DNA of 64,000 nucleotides from Chlorokybus atmophyticus (Eukaryota > Plantae > Mesostigma and Chlorokybus algae), in NCBI GenBank assembly GCA_009103225.1, contig RHPI01003642.1, forward strand, positions 156,451 to 220,450, given 5' to 3'. The translations under genes and the position numbers were made by a program. Below are positions 12,348-23,927 of the stretch, piece by piece. Numbering within the stretch: position 1 is the first letter of the stretch; each line of letters opens with the position of its first letter. The notes beneath the pieces were generated by a model, which saw nothing but the letters and a program-made list of their open reading frames with translations, was not told where the DNA came from and did not search any database.

Positions 12348-14508
12348 ATGGCTGGCGTGTCGGTGGTGTCGTCGCTCTCCGCGTGGTCGTCATCGGCGAG
12401 CCTTGGCGACCGCCGCGGTCTCCGGGCGCCCTCTAGCGCTGCCTGCGTCAGCCGAGGTGAGTGAGCATGTTTCTGTGGTCGCACATTGCAGTGCATTATT
12501 TACTACTGTGGTTGTGATATGCTTTGGTTGTAATCCGAACAAAGTCGGATTCAACGGCGCATCGAAGATTGTATGCATGTGGCGTAGCGATTGAGTCGTC
12601 CAGACTGACTGCTGCGCATGATGCATTGGGGCAGCTGAGCCTACTTGTGTCAGGTGGAGTGACCTGGTCAGATTAGATGCCGTTTGCATGTTCAACACTT
12701 GAGCGTTACCCATGTTAAGCATGCCACCCGTGAAAGCCTTGACCGGGCTAGTGTTACATCAAATGGTCGCACACATCCGACGCATAGGCTGTATGTGGTA
12801 ACAGCCTGCATGTTGTGTACGCTGCTTTTCAAGGCACACTTTCTAGGTGCCCTGCATGCAAGCTTGCATGCGGGGTATTCAGATTCGTTGCACGACTCAT
12901 GCAGGCGTTTTGCCGGTTCGCTGTGGTGCGCTTGAGAAAGAAGAGTTGCTGAAGGGAGTTGACAAAGACAATCGCAATGCGGTTGTGCGCGCGTTGGAAC
13001 AGGTGCTGATGATTGGCATCCGACCAAAACAACCTGCAAGCATGGCGCAGAGTACTCGACTTCACCAACGTAACTGCCAGCTAGACTGAGGACTCAAGCC
13101 ACACTTTTGTTATCTGCAGGCTGAAAGAGCGGTGGATCGTTGGGTCATCACGCATACAGATTTCTTGACGCCTCCTGCACTGGCAGACGCTCGCCGGGCT
13201 GTGAATAGGCTCGGAGGAGTTGCATGCGTTGCAACAGGCGGCTACCCGGAGGTAATGCTGTGTTTTGGGGGGTACCTGCGCATGCAGCCAATGTTTGTTG
13301 TCAATCATGCATGTCAGTAAATTGCACTTTGCAGGCAGAGCGGTGTAGGCTGACGGTTGGAAGGGACGACATGTTGTTTGACGTCACGGATGGCATCGGG
13401 CATTCAGAAGGAGTCGCTGCGGTGAGGTGGGTAGTGATTTGAGCATACTTGGCAGGCGCAAGCACATGCCTTGGCATGCTGGTGTTTGTCCGGGAGAGTG
13501 GCCACGCTGACGTCCACATGCTGTTTCTCATAGATGGAATTGACGCAGCGTGGCGGGTCGCTTTGAGTTTGATCGCGCCAGTCATCGAGACTTTTTGGGA
13601 GCTATCCTCGGGACAGGCATTGACAGATCCAAAGTGGGCGACATACTCACACAGGTAGCACGCGTTTGTCAAATTCACCATGATCTGGCGTGAGTATATG
13701 CATATGCTTCTTGACTGAGAAGCCAACTTCTTGCAGGAAGAGACGGGTGCCCATATCATCGTCGCACCCGAGCTTGTGAACTATATTGAGTCAGCACTCA
13801 ACCAGGTATACGCCTGCCTAGAATGCTCTGTGTTGTACTTTTGGTGTCAACAACAGCGTTGATGCCTGCAGGTACGATCGATATCCGTCATCACCACCCA
13901 AATACCCTTGTCGCAGCTGAAATGGCGACCTGCAGAGTAAGGCAGCAGCAATGAGGCTGTGCCAAGACAGCCATTATCCTCTTTGCTGAGTGTTCGAGAT
14001 CCAGTTTGAGCTTACTACGCTGTTGGCACAGGGTTGATACCTTCCGTAGTGTGGAGGCCTCCACCAGAGTGGACGCTGTAGCTAGCGCCGGCTTCCGCAT
14101 TTCAAGAAGCAAGCTATCAGAGATGATCAGGTATCACGCATGCATTTGTGCATTCGCACCATCAACTGCGTGCATCAGAGCTCAGCTGACTGGGATCAGG
14201 ACTTACTAATTACTGCCATGCAGTTCTGGCGATCTAAAAGTGAACTGGAAGCGAATCAGTAAGGGTAGCTATGTGCTTCAAAAGGGTGACGTGGTGTCCG
14301 TGGCTGGGCTAGGCAGGATACAGGTACGGTACCATTGTTGGACTGGTGGTTACGCAGCCTCACACCGACATTGCATTTAGCCGATGGCACTGGCCAGGAA
14401 CATGTTGTGGTGCACTTGACGTATCATAACGCTCGCTGTGCACAGGTGGGCGAGGTCTCACCGACGAAAAAGGATAGGTTTGCAATTGAGCTGGTCCGTT
14501 TCCTGTGA
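12348..14508 (+). CDS. YlmH/photosystem II S4-domain RNA-binding protein, probably plastid, multi-exon
   Basis: Transit-peptide-like N-terminus; HTDFLTPP, GGYPEAERCRL, HRDFLGAILGTGIDRSKVGDIL, VEASTRVDAVASAGFRISRSKL, GDLKVNWK...KGDVVSVAGLGRIQVGEVSPTKKDRFAIELVRFL*. Confidence 0.9.
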
Positions 14509-15290
14509 TGACACAGTAAAGCAGCAGTACTCCACACGGCATCTGCGCAACAGGGCAGATGAGCCTAGCCAAGATGTTACGCATGCACGGCAGCGCACCT
14601 GCAGTTGTATTGCTGTCATCGGCACTTGGCATTGAAGAGCCTCTGACAGTGACTATTCTCGTCTCATTTTGGCACTCTTGGCAGCGATTTGGCGGCCATC
14701 ATCACTGCGTTCTCGTTTCTGGTACATTGGAACTTGGGACTACAGTTTGGTATGACACAATCCTTCGCAGCACAGGGAATTGTGAGCTCACCCATACAAA
14801 TGAATGCACAATGCGTGTCTTGGCATTTACCAACTGACATCTCATTATCAACCATTATTATTATTGATGCAAGTGTTCGATGTCAGTGCCACAACCATAC
14901 CTAATGGTCACTACGCCCAACTGAGGTCTACTGTCAGATTAGGATTGTGCTTGCCAATCTCTAGCTGTGGGTTACTGCTTCCGAGAATCCCATCGCTCCA
15001 CATGCAGCTACAATTTGCTTACTAGCTGCCCAACAACAAGCTCCCTTTTCAGTCGACAGAAATTGGTTGTCGGCATATCTGTGCCCACAACCACATCATG
15101 TCACCTGGATCAACCGCCAGCATGTACAACAGTTGTTTAAAGCCGCCAACACCGCAAGGCACCAACCCAGGACACGGCTGGCAATGTTCTCTGGCAAGCT
15201 AGCTTAATGTGACTGCCTGTCACGAGCAGAGCCTGCGACAACACACCAACAATGGTACACGCCATGACAATATTGGCCAAGTGCACCATC

Positions 15291-17005
15291 CTAGACAGCC
15301 AGCAGAGGTGCAACGTGAGTTGGATGCACGAGATGTGCATCAAACAGTGTCTGCAAGGCTGCCGGCTCAGGAAATTCCCCTACAGCAGCACCTAGTTCTT
15401 CTCGATGTATGCCACTTGTGATAAATATGGAGTCAATGCCAGCAGCTGCGGCACCTGCAATATCATGATGCAAGCTGTCGCCGACCATGACTGTGGAGGC
15501 ATGCTCAGCATCGGCTAGCCTCATGCACTCGGTGTATGCGACCTGTACAGCATGCAACAACAGTTCTCAAGTGTTCAACCAAACATGTGCGCATGGCTTT
15601 GCCGCTGCACGTTGCTCTGAACTAAAAGCCATAGTAGTACTCACCGGATCGGGCTTCCCCATGAGCCTCACAACACCTCCCAACTCTCTGTACATATTCG
15701 CCAATGTGCCAGGCATGATGGCTAGCTCATTGCCGCTCACAGTCACGACATCCTACCAGGCAAAGGCAAAACTTGAAGTTGTTAGCTGCATGCCTCTTAA
15801 AGACTGTCATTTATGAAGGCATTACCAAGCTGTGCATGCTTCTTGTCACAGCAATGCATGAGCTGCATCAGGTGATGCAATGACAAGCGTAAGCATACCG
15901 GGTTAGCGACAATCATGGGTATGCCTTTAGCAGCTGCTTCTGGCAGCAACGCTGACAGCTCCGCTATACTGCGCGGCTGCGGGGTTGCACCGTCAGGTTG
16001 GCCGAGCGCCTGTGTGCCGTGCGCGAGTATGAAGTCGGCGTGAGAGGGGTCTGCGGTGACAGCCAGGTCAAGCCCCTCCAGAGACACCGATCCACGATCT
16101 GCCCAAGTGAAGTGCAAACATGTCCTGCCCAATGTTGCAAACCAGGGATCGTGCCGGCTGCAGCGCATAAAACAACCAGAAAAGGATGTCACCAACACTG
16201 TTCTGATGATCAATGTGCCATGCAAAAGGCTGGAAGTGAAGCGTTAAACAGTACCTGAGCAGGTTCTGGTATGTAATCTCTCCGCTGGTGACAGCTCCAG
16301 CGAACCAGGCAGGATCAAACCCAAATGGCTTCAGCTTTGCAAGAGTAGTGTTGGCTCGCCGCGAGGAGTTGCTGAGCACATACAAGCGCAAGCCCTGTCA
16401 GAACAGTTCCAGAAATCTATCCAACACCTCAGTTGAGGACCACAGTATCTGACAATCACTTCCGCACAAGTGATTGTGCGGAAGTGATTTTCAGATGCTA
16501 CATCTGACAATATAGTATGTGACAACTACTACATTGTCAGCTGACTTGAAGAGTACTGCAAACCACGCAACAGGCACAACAAACCCTTACCATGGCATGC
16601 AGCTCGCGCACTGCCTCCACAGCTCTGGGATAAGCGTTCTTTCCGTCATGCAGCACCCCAAATTGGTCTAGCAGCCATGTCTGTTAAAGCAGCACAAGCC
16701 TTCAGGACATTGCAACAGAAAGCTCAAAGCTCGCGCCAACAGCTTGGGATGCCCGAACAATGGATGATGTGCACTTGCGCAAAGCTTGCCTTGTAAGGAC
16801 CAGCTGGCGAAGCCAATGCTCGGACATTGTCCAGGACAGCAGGCGCCAATGAAGCAGCAGCATTGGCAGAAGAACTGCAAGCTGAGACCACCATCAGCTT
16901 GCAGCGCTGTGCACGACGCGCACCCTTCACCACAACAGCAGCCTGAAGAGGATGCAATGTCGGCAGTGCTAGCCGCCCCACCACCGGCGCCAATGCCGCC
17001 GCCAT
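15291..17005 (-). CDS. HAD-superfamily hydrolase subfamily IIA, probably plastid, multi-exon
   Basis: WLLDQFGVLHDGK (motif I), LSNSSRR, GAVTSGE, PMIVANP, MPGTLA...GKPDP, MVGDSLHHDIAGAAAAGIDSIFITSGIH. Confidence 0.9.
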
Positions 17006-17230
17006 GAACAGCCACGTGCCAAGCCGCTGCGTAAGCAAAACGTGCGCAACAACAATCTGTCGTCTCTCTTCCACTCAGCAGAAGTGTCCGGAGGAATCAG
17101 CTGTTGGAGGCGGCGGTGAGGTTGCAGCTGCGGCGGAGGCTGAGGCGGATGGGATGGGCTTCATAGGCTTGCCTGACGCCGTGTTAAAGGCTTCTGGCGA
17201 CCGAAGCTAGGCGACGTCGCGCCTGCCGAG

Positions 17231-18403
17231 ATGGCTTACATTGTCAACGGTAAGCCTCCGCCCAGGGTTTTTGTGCACATCAAGCTCCTGCTGTGAGTGT
17301 GGCAGTCTCTCAGAATCCCTGCAAATCGGTCGTGATCAAAGCCTACTCGACCAAAAAGTTTGGCTAGTTGGGTAGGCGCTTTGAGCGAGCAGCGGGCCTT
17401 GTACGCTGTTTGCTGCAGCATGAAGTGCTGTCTGTTGCAACAGCAGTTTTGGTGTCATTGTAACCATCAAAGCGCCAATTCTGCTGAAGGATTTATTTTT
17501 TTTGATATCTGAATTGAATCTTATTGCGTGTGCTGACTATGTCGCATGCTGTCATGGCGAGCAGGGGAGGTTGTGCAGAAGCGGTCGCCCTGGCGCATAG
17601 ACTCAATTCCGCGGTTCTTCTGGGCCATCATCAACACCATCTTCTTTTTGTATGTGTTCTTCCAAGTGTTCTTCTTGTCCTTTGACTGTGCTGTACCTGT
17701 ATCTGCACCCTATCAGCGCGACCTTTGCTAACCAGCTGACTGACTTGTTTTGTGCTTCTCTGCACGGCAACACTAACAGCCTTCAGACCCTTTTTTCGGT
17801 AAGTGCGTATGCTGTGTTGGCTTGTTAGGTTGCTGACAGTGTGTTGTAAGGGCCCATTGCCATCCCCTCAATGAGGCTTGCATCCAAGTTCTCTCATGGC
17901 CTTGCGTGCGTGCTGCAGCCTGAGGCAAACAACAGCTACGGCAAGAAGGATGGCAACAACAGGCGCGGCCCGGGCGGCAGCGGGGGCGGGAGCGGGGGTG
18001 GCGGGAGGCCGGGTGGGGGTGGGGGTGGAGGTGGGGGCGGGCCGAGGCCACGCATCGCTGGCATGGACCGGATACGGCAAGCTAATACATGTGCGTGCTT
18101 TGCTCTATGTTAAGAGTCAGTCGGTGTTGCTGCTACTTGTCAGTAATGTGCAGTTGTTCTTCGCTACCATTGCTTGAGCAATACAGCAGCCATCGATGAT
18201 GCACATGCCTGCACAAGTCACCGTTGCGGTCACGTCAGGAGGATTCCAAGCATGTGTTGTGTTTGATTAGGCATTGACGTTTTTGTTGGTGTCTAACATA
18301 GCTCTGCACATTTCTTGTCAATGCAAGTAAGTCACGCATGGTAGTTGCTGACGCGTCATGCAAAGCAGGTGTGCCTGGTGGTGGTGGCGCATGATCTCGG
18401 TAA
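17231..18403 (+). CDS. SELENOK: Selenoprotein K (SelK/SelG family)-like glycine-rich membrane protein; 3' end uncertain
   Basis: Spliced MAYIVNG|EVVQKRSPWRIDSIPRFFWAIINTIFF|FLQTLFS|PEANNSYGKKDGNNRRGPGGSGGG...PRPRIAGMDRIRQANT matches the SelK pattern (M.YI..G.V...RSPWR, TM, Gly-rich tail). Last exon tentative. Confidence 0.8.
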
Positions 18404-19638
18404 GGCATTTGCATGTTGGCATTAGGCTTTTGCAGCTCAGCTGCTTGCCTAGCCGATGCAAGTGCCGCGTTCCGTCTCATATTCTCCCGGGCAGCGTAAC
18501 CAAGCGTGTCAGCTCATGAACGCTGCAATGAGCAAGCATCAGTGCGCCTTATGACACCAACTCAGTCAAACCTCGCCAGAGGGTTGGGTTGGTTGAACTG
18601 CTCACTGAGCTTGCCAGTCTTTGGGATTGCTTTTGTAGTGAACTGTGTACTACAGCTGTGTACTGTGAGTTAGCAGCCTGGGTGTAGCAAGAAAGGGTTT
18701 TAAGTGTTGCACCATGGTGCTAGAGTAAGTAAGTCCAGGAAAAGTTGCCTCTGCAATGCAGGGAGGGCAAGAGTCTGTTCTTTGTGCTGGTTTTCCTTTT
18801 GACGCTATCCATGTGTGTGACAATCATGGGCTTGTGTACAAGAGATAGTATGCTAGGTAGTCCGCATGCATAGGGTGTCATGCATAACGCATGCAAGTGC
18901 ATCCGCAACTAACCTTTATGCAACTTGACCACCGGGCTAGCCACTACATCTTCTACACTACTACCAGCCCCCGTTAGACATACAAGCATGCATGTTGTCA
19001 AATCACCTGCGTGTGCTGAGGATAGTCATGCTGTAGCCTGCATGACTGTGTCGCCTTGCTGGCACTTGCGCACAGGGTGACCGGGCAGCTGAAGGAATGG
19101 TTGCCTACTCCATGTGCGCTATAGGTAACAGGGAGGAAAGTTTGCATGGTGAGATGGCGTCGTGCTGACATGGGCAAATTTCCCCCCGAGTCATTGGAAT
19201 CCGCGCGCAACTGCATGTGAGGGTTGCAATCATCTATGCGAACCGTGGGTGATATACCGGCAAGCATGCACGCACATTCAGTTGATATGTGCGCTCAATC
19301 AATCGCTTAAACTCAAGTAAGCAGTGTGGGCTGGCTCAAGCCCTCAAACTCTACGAGTTGCATACACGAAAGCAGCAACGACTGCCTGCGGTATAACAAT
19401 CAGTAGTGAAAGAATCCGATGTGGTGACGGATCAGAACACTTGGGGACACAAATTGTACATGCGAGTTGCCATGCTGCTTCTCACAAGATTGCATGGTGT
19501 CTGCGCATCTTACAGGATGCACACAGTGGCACTAACAGCCAATATTTGCATCACCAAGGCTAGAGGTAATACATAGTTTACAGTGGCGCCATCCAAGTAG
19601 TTCTCGGGTGTTTTTAAAACTTGTATAACGTTGCACGC

Positions 19639-19725
19639 TTCGTATTGCGTGCCTCGCGCAATACGAACGCCTTGCTAGAACGTCGGGGGTATATCGTCAA
19701 ATGAGTTACCAATTGACGATATACC
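19639..19725. repeat. Two adjacent perfect hairpins (11-bp and 13-bp stems)
   Basis: TTCGTATTGCG (19639-19649) / CGCAATACGAA (19657-19667), and GGTATATCGTCAA (19688-19700) / TTGACGATATACC (19713-19725). Confidence 0.85.
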
Positions 19726-22700
19726 TTTCATGCTGTTGAGGCGGAGGTTTTTTCAGATAGTCATCGTTAGCATTCCCTTGCAAGTGTTGCGCGCGCTTCA
19801 AACTTGCACCTGATAGCGCGTAGCACCGGCAGCGTTAATTACAGACCGGGTTTACCGTTGCGGAGGTTGAGCGGCTTTGTGATACTGTTTCGCAAGCGAG
19901 TGTTGTGCGCGCTGCAGCGGGCGCAGGCGTGGGCGATGTTGCAGCGAGGGGCGGCGGTAGAGGCAATGCCCGGCTTGGGACCTCTCCACGTCGAGCTTAT
20001 GGCGACGGAGGAGGACGTTGCGCTGGGAGGCATGGTGTGAGTGTTGAGGCGCCACATGTGTTGAGATATTGATGCTGGTGATACGTGCTTGTGCATGTGG
20101 TGGTGTGTGTGGTTTGTGTTGATAGGCATGGTAGATGTTGACAGTCGAACACTTGCGCGTTCATCTTAGTGGTGAGCGAGAGAGAGAGAAGGGCGGGCCA
20201 TGTTAGCTTGTGCTATGGCTATCTCAGTTATTACTTCAAGATGAATGCATCGTACTCTTGATCCCCTATAAATAGATGTCGCACCCATTGTGATATAGTG
20301 CATAGCGGTACAACGGATGGCTATAGCACAGCCGGGCTAAGTAACGACACCTGGCAAATGGCATTACAATGATGTAAGAAGCATCAAGCACAACGCACAC
20401 ACAACCAACTAGCAAGCTGAGTGGGCGGCCCACTACTCTGGGCAAAGTGCACTAGCCTAAAGCATAGAGTAAAAGAAAGGGTGGAGGGAAGGGGCAAGGC
20501 AAGACCAAAGCAAAGGAGCATCTGCCAGCACTGCACAGAGAGGTTAGCGGAGCCCTCGCCGTCAAACAGCAAACACCGTGTCGGCGACTCAACTGCTATG
20601 AATGCGCTGTCTGTGCGCGCATGCCATGCACAAAGTTGTGCATGACATACCACGTCCATACTTTATACACGTTTCGACCGTTATGGCCCCTGATGGTTTT
20701 TGCTCGCTGCCAACTGTCTTATGGTCGGAGACTTTCGATGGCAGCTGCTGGCGATGCGCGCTCAAACAAATTGGCAATGCTAACTCAAACATACCAACCT
20801 TACTACCAATGCGGCTACCATGTTGCATCGTGCTGCTAACGAGCAGAGTGGCAGAGGTAGAGGGGCAGCAATATGCAATAGGGGTTGCAAGAGCACACCA
20901 TTGTACAACGCAGCACTGCAATCACCACCCTCGGTGTTTTAAACTTATGCCACCCTGAAGAGGAGCTCCTCTTCGCGGATTAATTGCCAACCTGTTCCAA
21001 CTTCCTAATTCCTACTACAGCATATGCATATGGTATATATCGTTGTATGTCATGCAAAAACATGCGTGCACAGGCATTGATGCATAGCAGGCACAACTTG
21101 GCAAGCAGAGGCACTTAATATTACACCCGGTGCCTTATTTTTGCTACCTTGAATACTAATATGTGCTGTGTGCAATGCACTAGCAGTGTGGCGGGCGTTT
21201 GATTGCATATCACACAAAGCACTTTGTGGTTTTAGTGCCTTGCCCACCCCTTCGCCCCACTTGCACGCACGCACTTAGCTGAGCATATAGTTAATGTGTA
21301 TGCCTGTGTATGCCCTCTGCTGAAACAAAGCCCTACCCTGTCTCTGCTTGCATTGCTGTGCCTCGCGCTTGTATGTTCTCATTGCATCTGCTACTCAAAT
21401 CAGCTTGAATAGCATTGCAAACACATACATAGCCAACATACACGCCCAAATACAAGCACGCCCTTTGTTGTGTACCTTGATAAGCAGGCCCTCAATATTC
21501 ATCACTCCTTGAGTTGCTATGTTTCCATCCTTGCGCTGGTTAATGCTGCTTGTGAGTGTATGCTAATGCAAATTGGCATATGCGCACGCAAAGGCAAACA
21601 AAGCCAGATGCTGCGCCGGCGTGGAATGAGGGAGGACTCGACGTCGGGGAAAATGAGAAGTTTTGGCGGACGTGACAGCTCCGGGCTGGTAGTACCGCAG
21701 TGCAGTTGTGTGTAGAATATATGCAATGCTGTGATTGTGACCAACACGACATACATGACACATGCATGCCCCTGGTTGGCAATGTCTCACGTGTGGCGCT
21801 GCGTGGCAGGTGCGGCGCTGTATTCTTCCTTCATACACTAACAGCGACAGCGTCACACCAAGCTACGTACTGTCAACCCTGCCTATCACTGCACAAGCAT
21901 ACTCACACGCATGCCAGCGGCATGCAAGCGCTGTATTACTTGCCACTGCTTCGCACGTCACGCAAGTGTTGCTGAGGGGCCCAGCACACTGCCACTCTTT
22001 GCTTGCTTGCCAACAGCCTAACGCTGACCTGTTCTTTGTGTACACCGTCCCCTCCCTCACCCCCGTTCTACCTCACCAACTTCTGCCTTGCTGGGTTGTG
22101 TATGCTATGTCTACCTAGTTGTGCTGTGTGTCATAACACGGTCCTTGCATATGCATGAGCAACAAGGTACAAAAGGTGGTATGCTGTAATGTGCATGGAG
22201 AACAAGAATAACCTGAACAATGTGTCCAAGTGTGTGGTGTAATGTGGTGTGGTGCTAACGAGGACACGCGGCGACGGCGAACATGTGCACATGCCAATCA
22301 CTCCCCTCACCAACATTATGCCATGGCTCCTAAGACAGGCACAGATTAGTCAGATTGACAGGAAAATATTAACGTCTGACAATGCAATTCAACCCTTACA
22401 ATATGGACGCTGTTTGCTATCACAGCACCTCGCACAATTCCGGGAGCTGGGGCATGCACAACAGAGCGGGCAAAGAGATGCAAATCGACTGATTCAGATG
22501 GCGACTTCATGCCTGTGTTCATGAAAAGTACAATCTGTTAATGAGCTTGGACAAGCAGACTGGTTGAATACTGCCATGACACTGAGTGCATGGAGGGTAT
22601 GTAAGTCTCAGCATGCTCCATAAGACACCAAGCAGATAGAGAGGCAGGAACTGGCAGATCTGCATAAAATGCAGCAGAGTTGCCACCAACTCCGCCTGTA

Positions 22701-23453
22701 ACCAGACACGCCAGCATAACAGCGCAGCAGAGGATTGACTGTTATTGCTCAGAAACCTGTGCACTGTCGCTAGGACCGACCATTGCACACAAGTTCAAGG
22801 TATCTGTTGAGTGCTGGCAACTTCTATCAAACAGACTCTTCAGCTTCAAGCTGATAGCACCCACTTCCCTGCGGAATGTAGCTGAACTAGCAGCCAGTTA
22901 TTGACCATGAGTGCCTGGTCTCAAACAGGTGGATAACCACCTGCTTCGCATTAATTGTTGTGCAGCCAGACATTGCTGTCAAAACTGCTTGGATCTGGAC
23001 ATAAGCTCCATGATTCCACTCGTTTCTTCTTCCTTGCTCGATCAGTCCAAGGTGCCAGAAGTGCAATGGCATGTCCACAGCGTGGACACACGTGACGTGG
23101 TGCAGTGTCTGTGCTGGTGTTTCATCTTTGAAGTGCTCACCAGTGAATGTGTCTCTGTAATGAGGTTGGTTGCTCACTGTCCATGCTGGCTCAAGAGGCT
23201 CCTTTCACCATCTCTTGACACGGCTCCTCAATGGTCGCCTCAGTGATATCAGCTCCATACAGTGGCCCCGGTTGAAATGCCATGCAGATACTTCCGGGCA
23301 GCATCTGCCAATGATCCTATGCACTCTTTCACTGCCTCGGCTCCCACAACTGGGGCTCCAGGCTGCTGCAGATGGGCAGAATCCGCCAATGCTACACACT
23401 GTCGGGACTACCAGATCTCCTTCCCTCCCCGCTTCCCCCCAACCCCGATCCCC

Positions 23454-23668
23454 NNNNNNNNNNNNNNNNNNNNNNNNNNNNNNNNNNNNNNNNNNNNNNN
23501 NNNNNNNNNNNNNNNNNNNNNNNNNNNNNNNNNNNNNNNNNNNNNNNNNNNNNNNNNNNNNNNNNNNNNNNNNNNNNNNNNNNNNNNNNNNNNNNNNNNN
23601 NNNNNNNNNNNNNNNNNNNNNNNNNNNNNNNNNNNNNNNNNNNNNNNNNNNNNNNNNNNNNNNNNNNN

Positions 23669-23715
<47 letters not shown>
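23454..23715. repeat. N gap followed by a long poly-C tract
   Basis: N run ~23454-23667 followed by ~47 consecutive C. Confidence 0.9.
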
Positions 23716-23717
<2 letters not shown>

Positions 23718-23927
23718 CCAGAAAAAGGTCAACTCCCCAAGCATGCTGTTAACAGCACTCTCCTGCCCATCAGAGCCGGTAGCAGTGCCTGTGTGCAGCA
23801 TGCCGGGTACCTGTGCGCTAAAGTGCGACTGTGCTACCCTACCCTAGCAATCAGGCAACGTGCTGGGGCAAGGACTATGTACAGTTGTGCGGTGCGTTGG
23901 TGCTGCAGTGCTGCGGTGCGTTGGTGA

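Noticed and set aside
17075-17164. 29-aa uORF upstream of the HAD gene
   Set aside because: It lies in the 226-nt divergent promoter and may be upstream of the TSS; low-complexity peptide.
19639-19745. H/ACA snoRNA interpretation of the twin hairpins
   Set aside because: No ANANNA hinge box, and the stems are too short and perfect, lacking pseudouridylation pockets.
18235-20129. Minus-strand gene model from 20032 to 18235
   Set aside because: Several frames are open in the GC-rich segment on both strands; exons could not be joined or identified.
23170-23927. Long ORFs with poly-Pro/poly-Gly across the N gap (also 1078-1370)
   Set aside because: They exist only because of Ns and homopolymer C/G runs.
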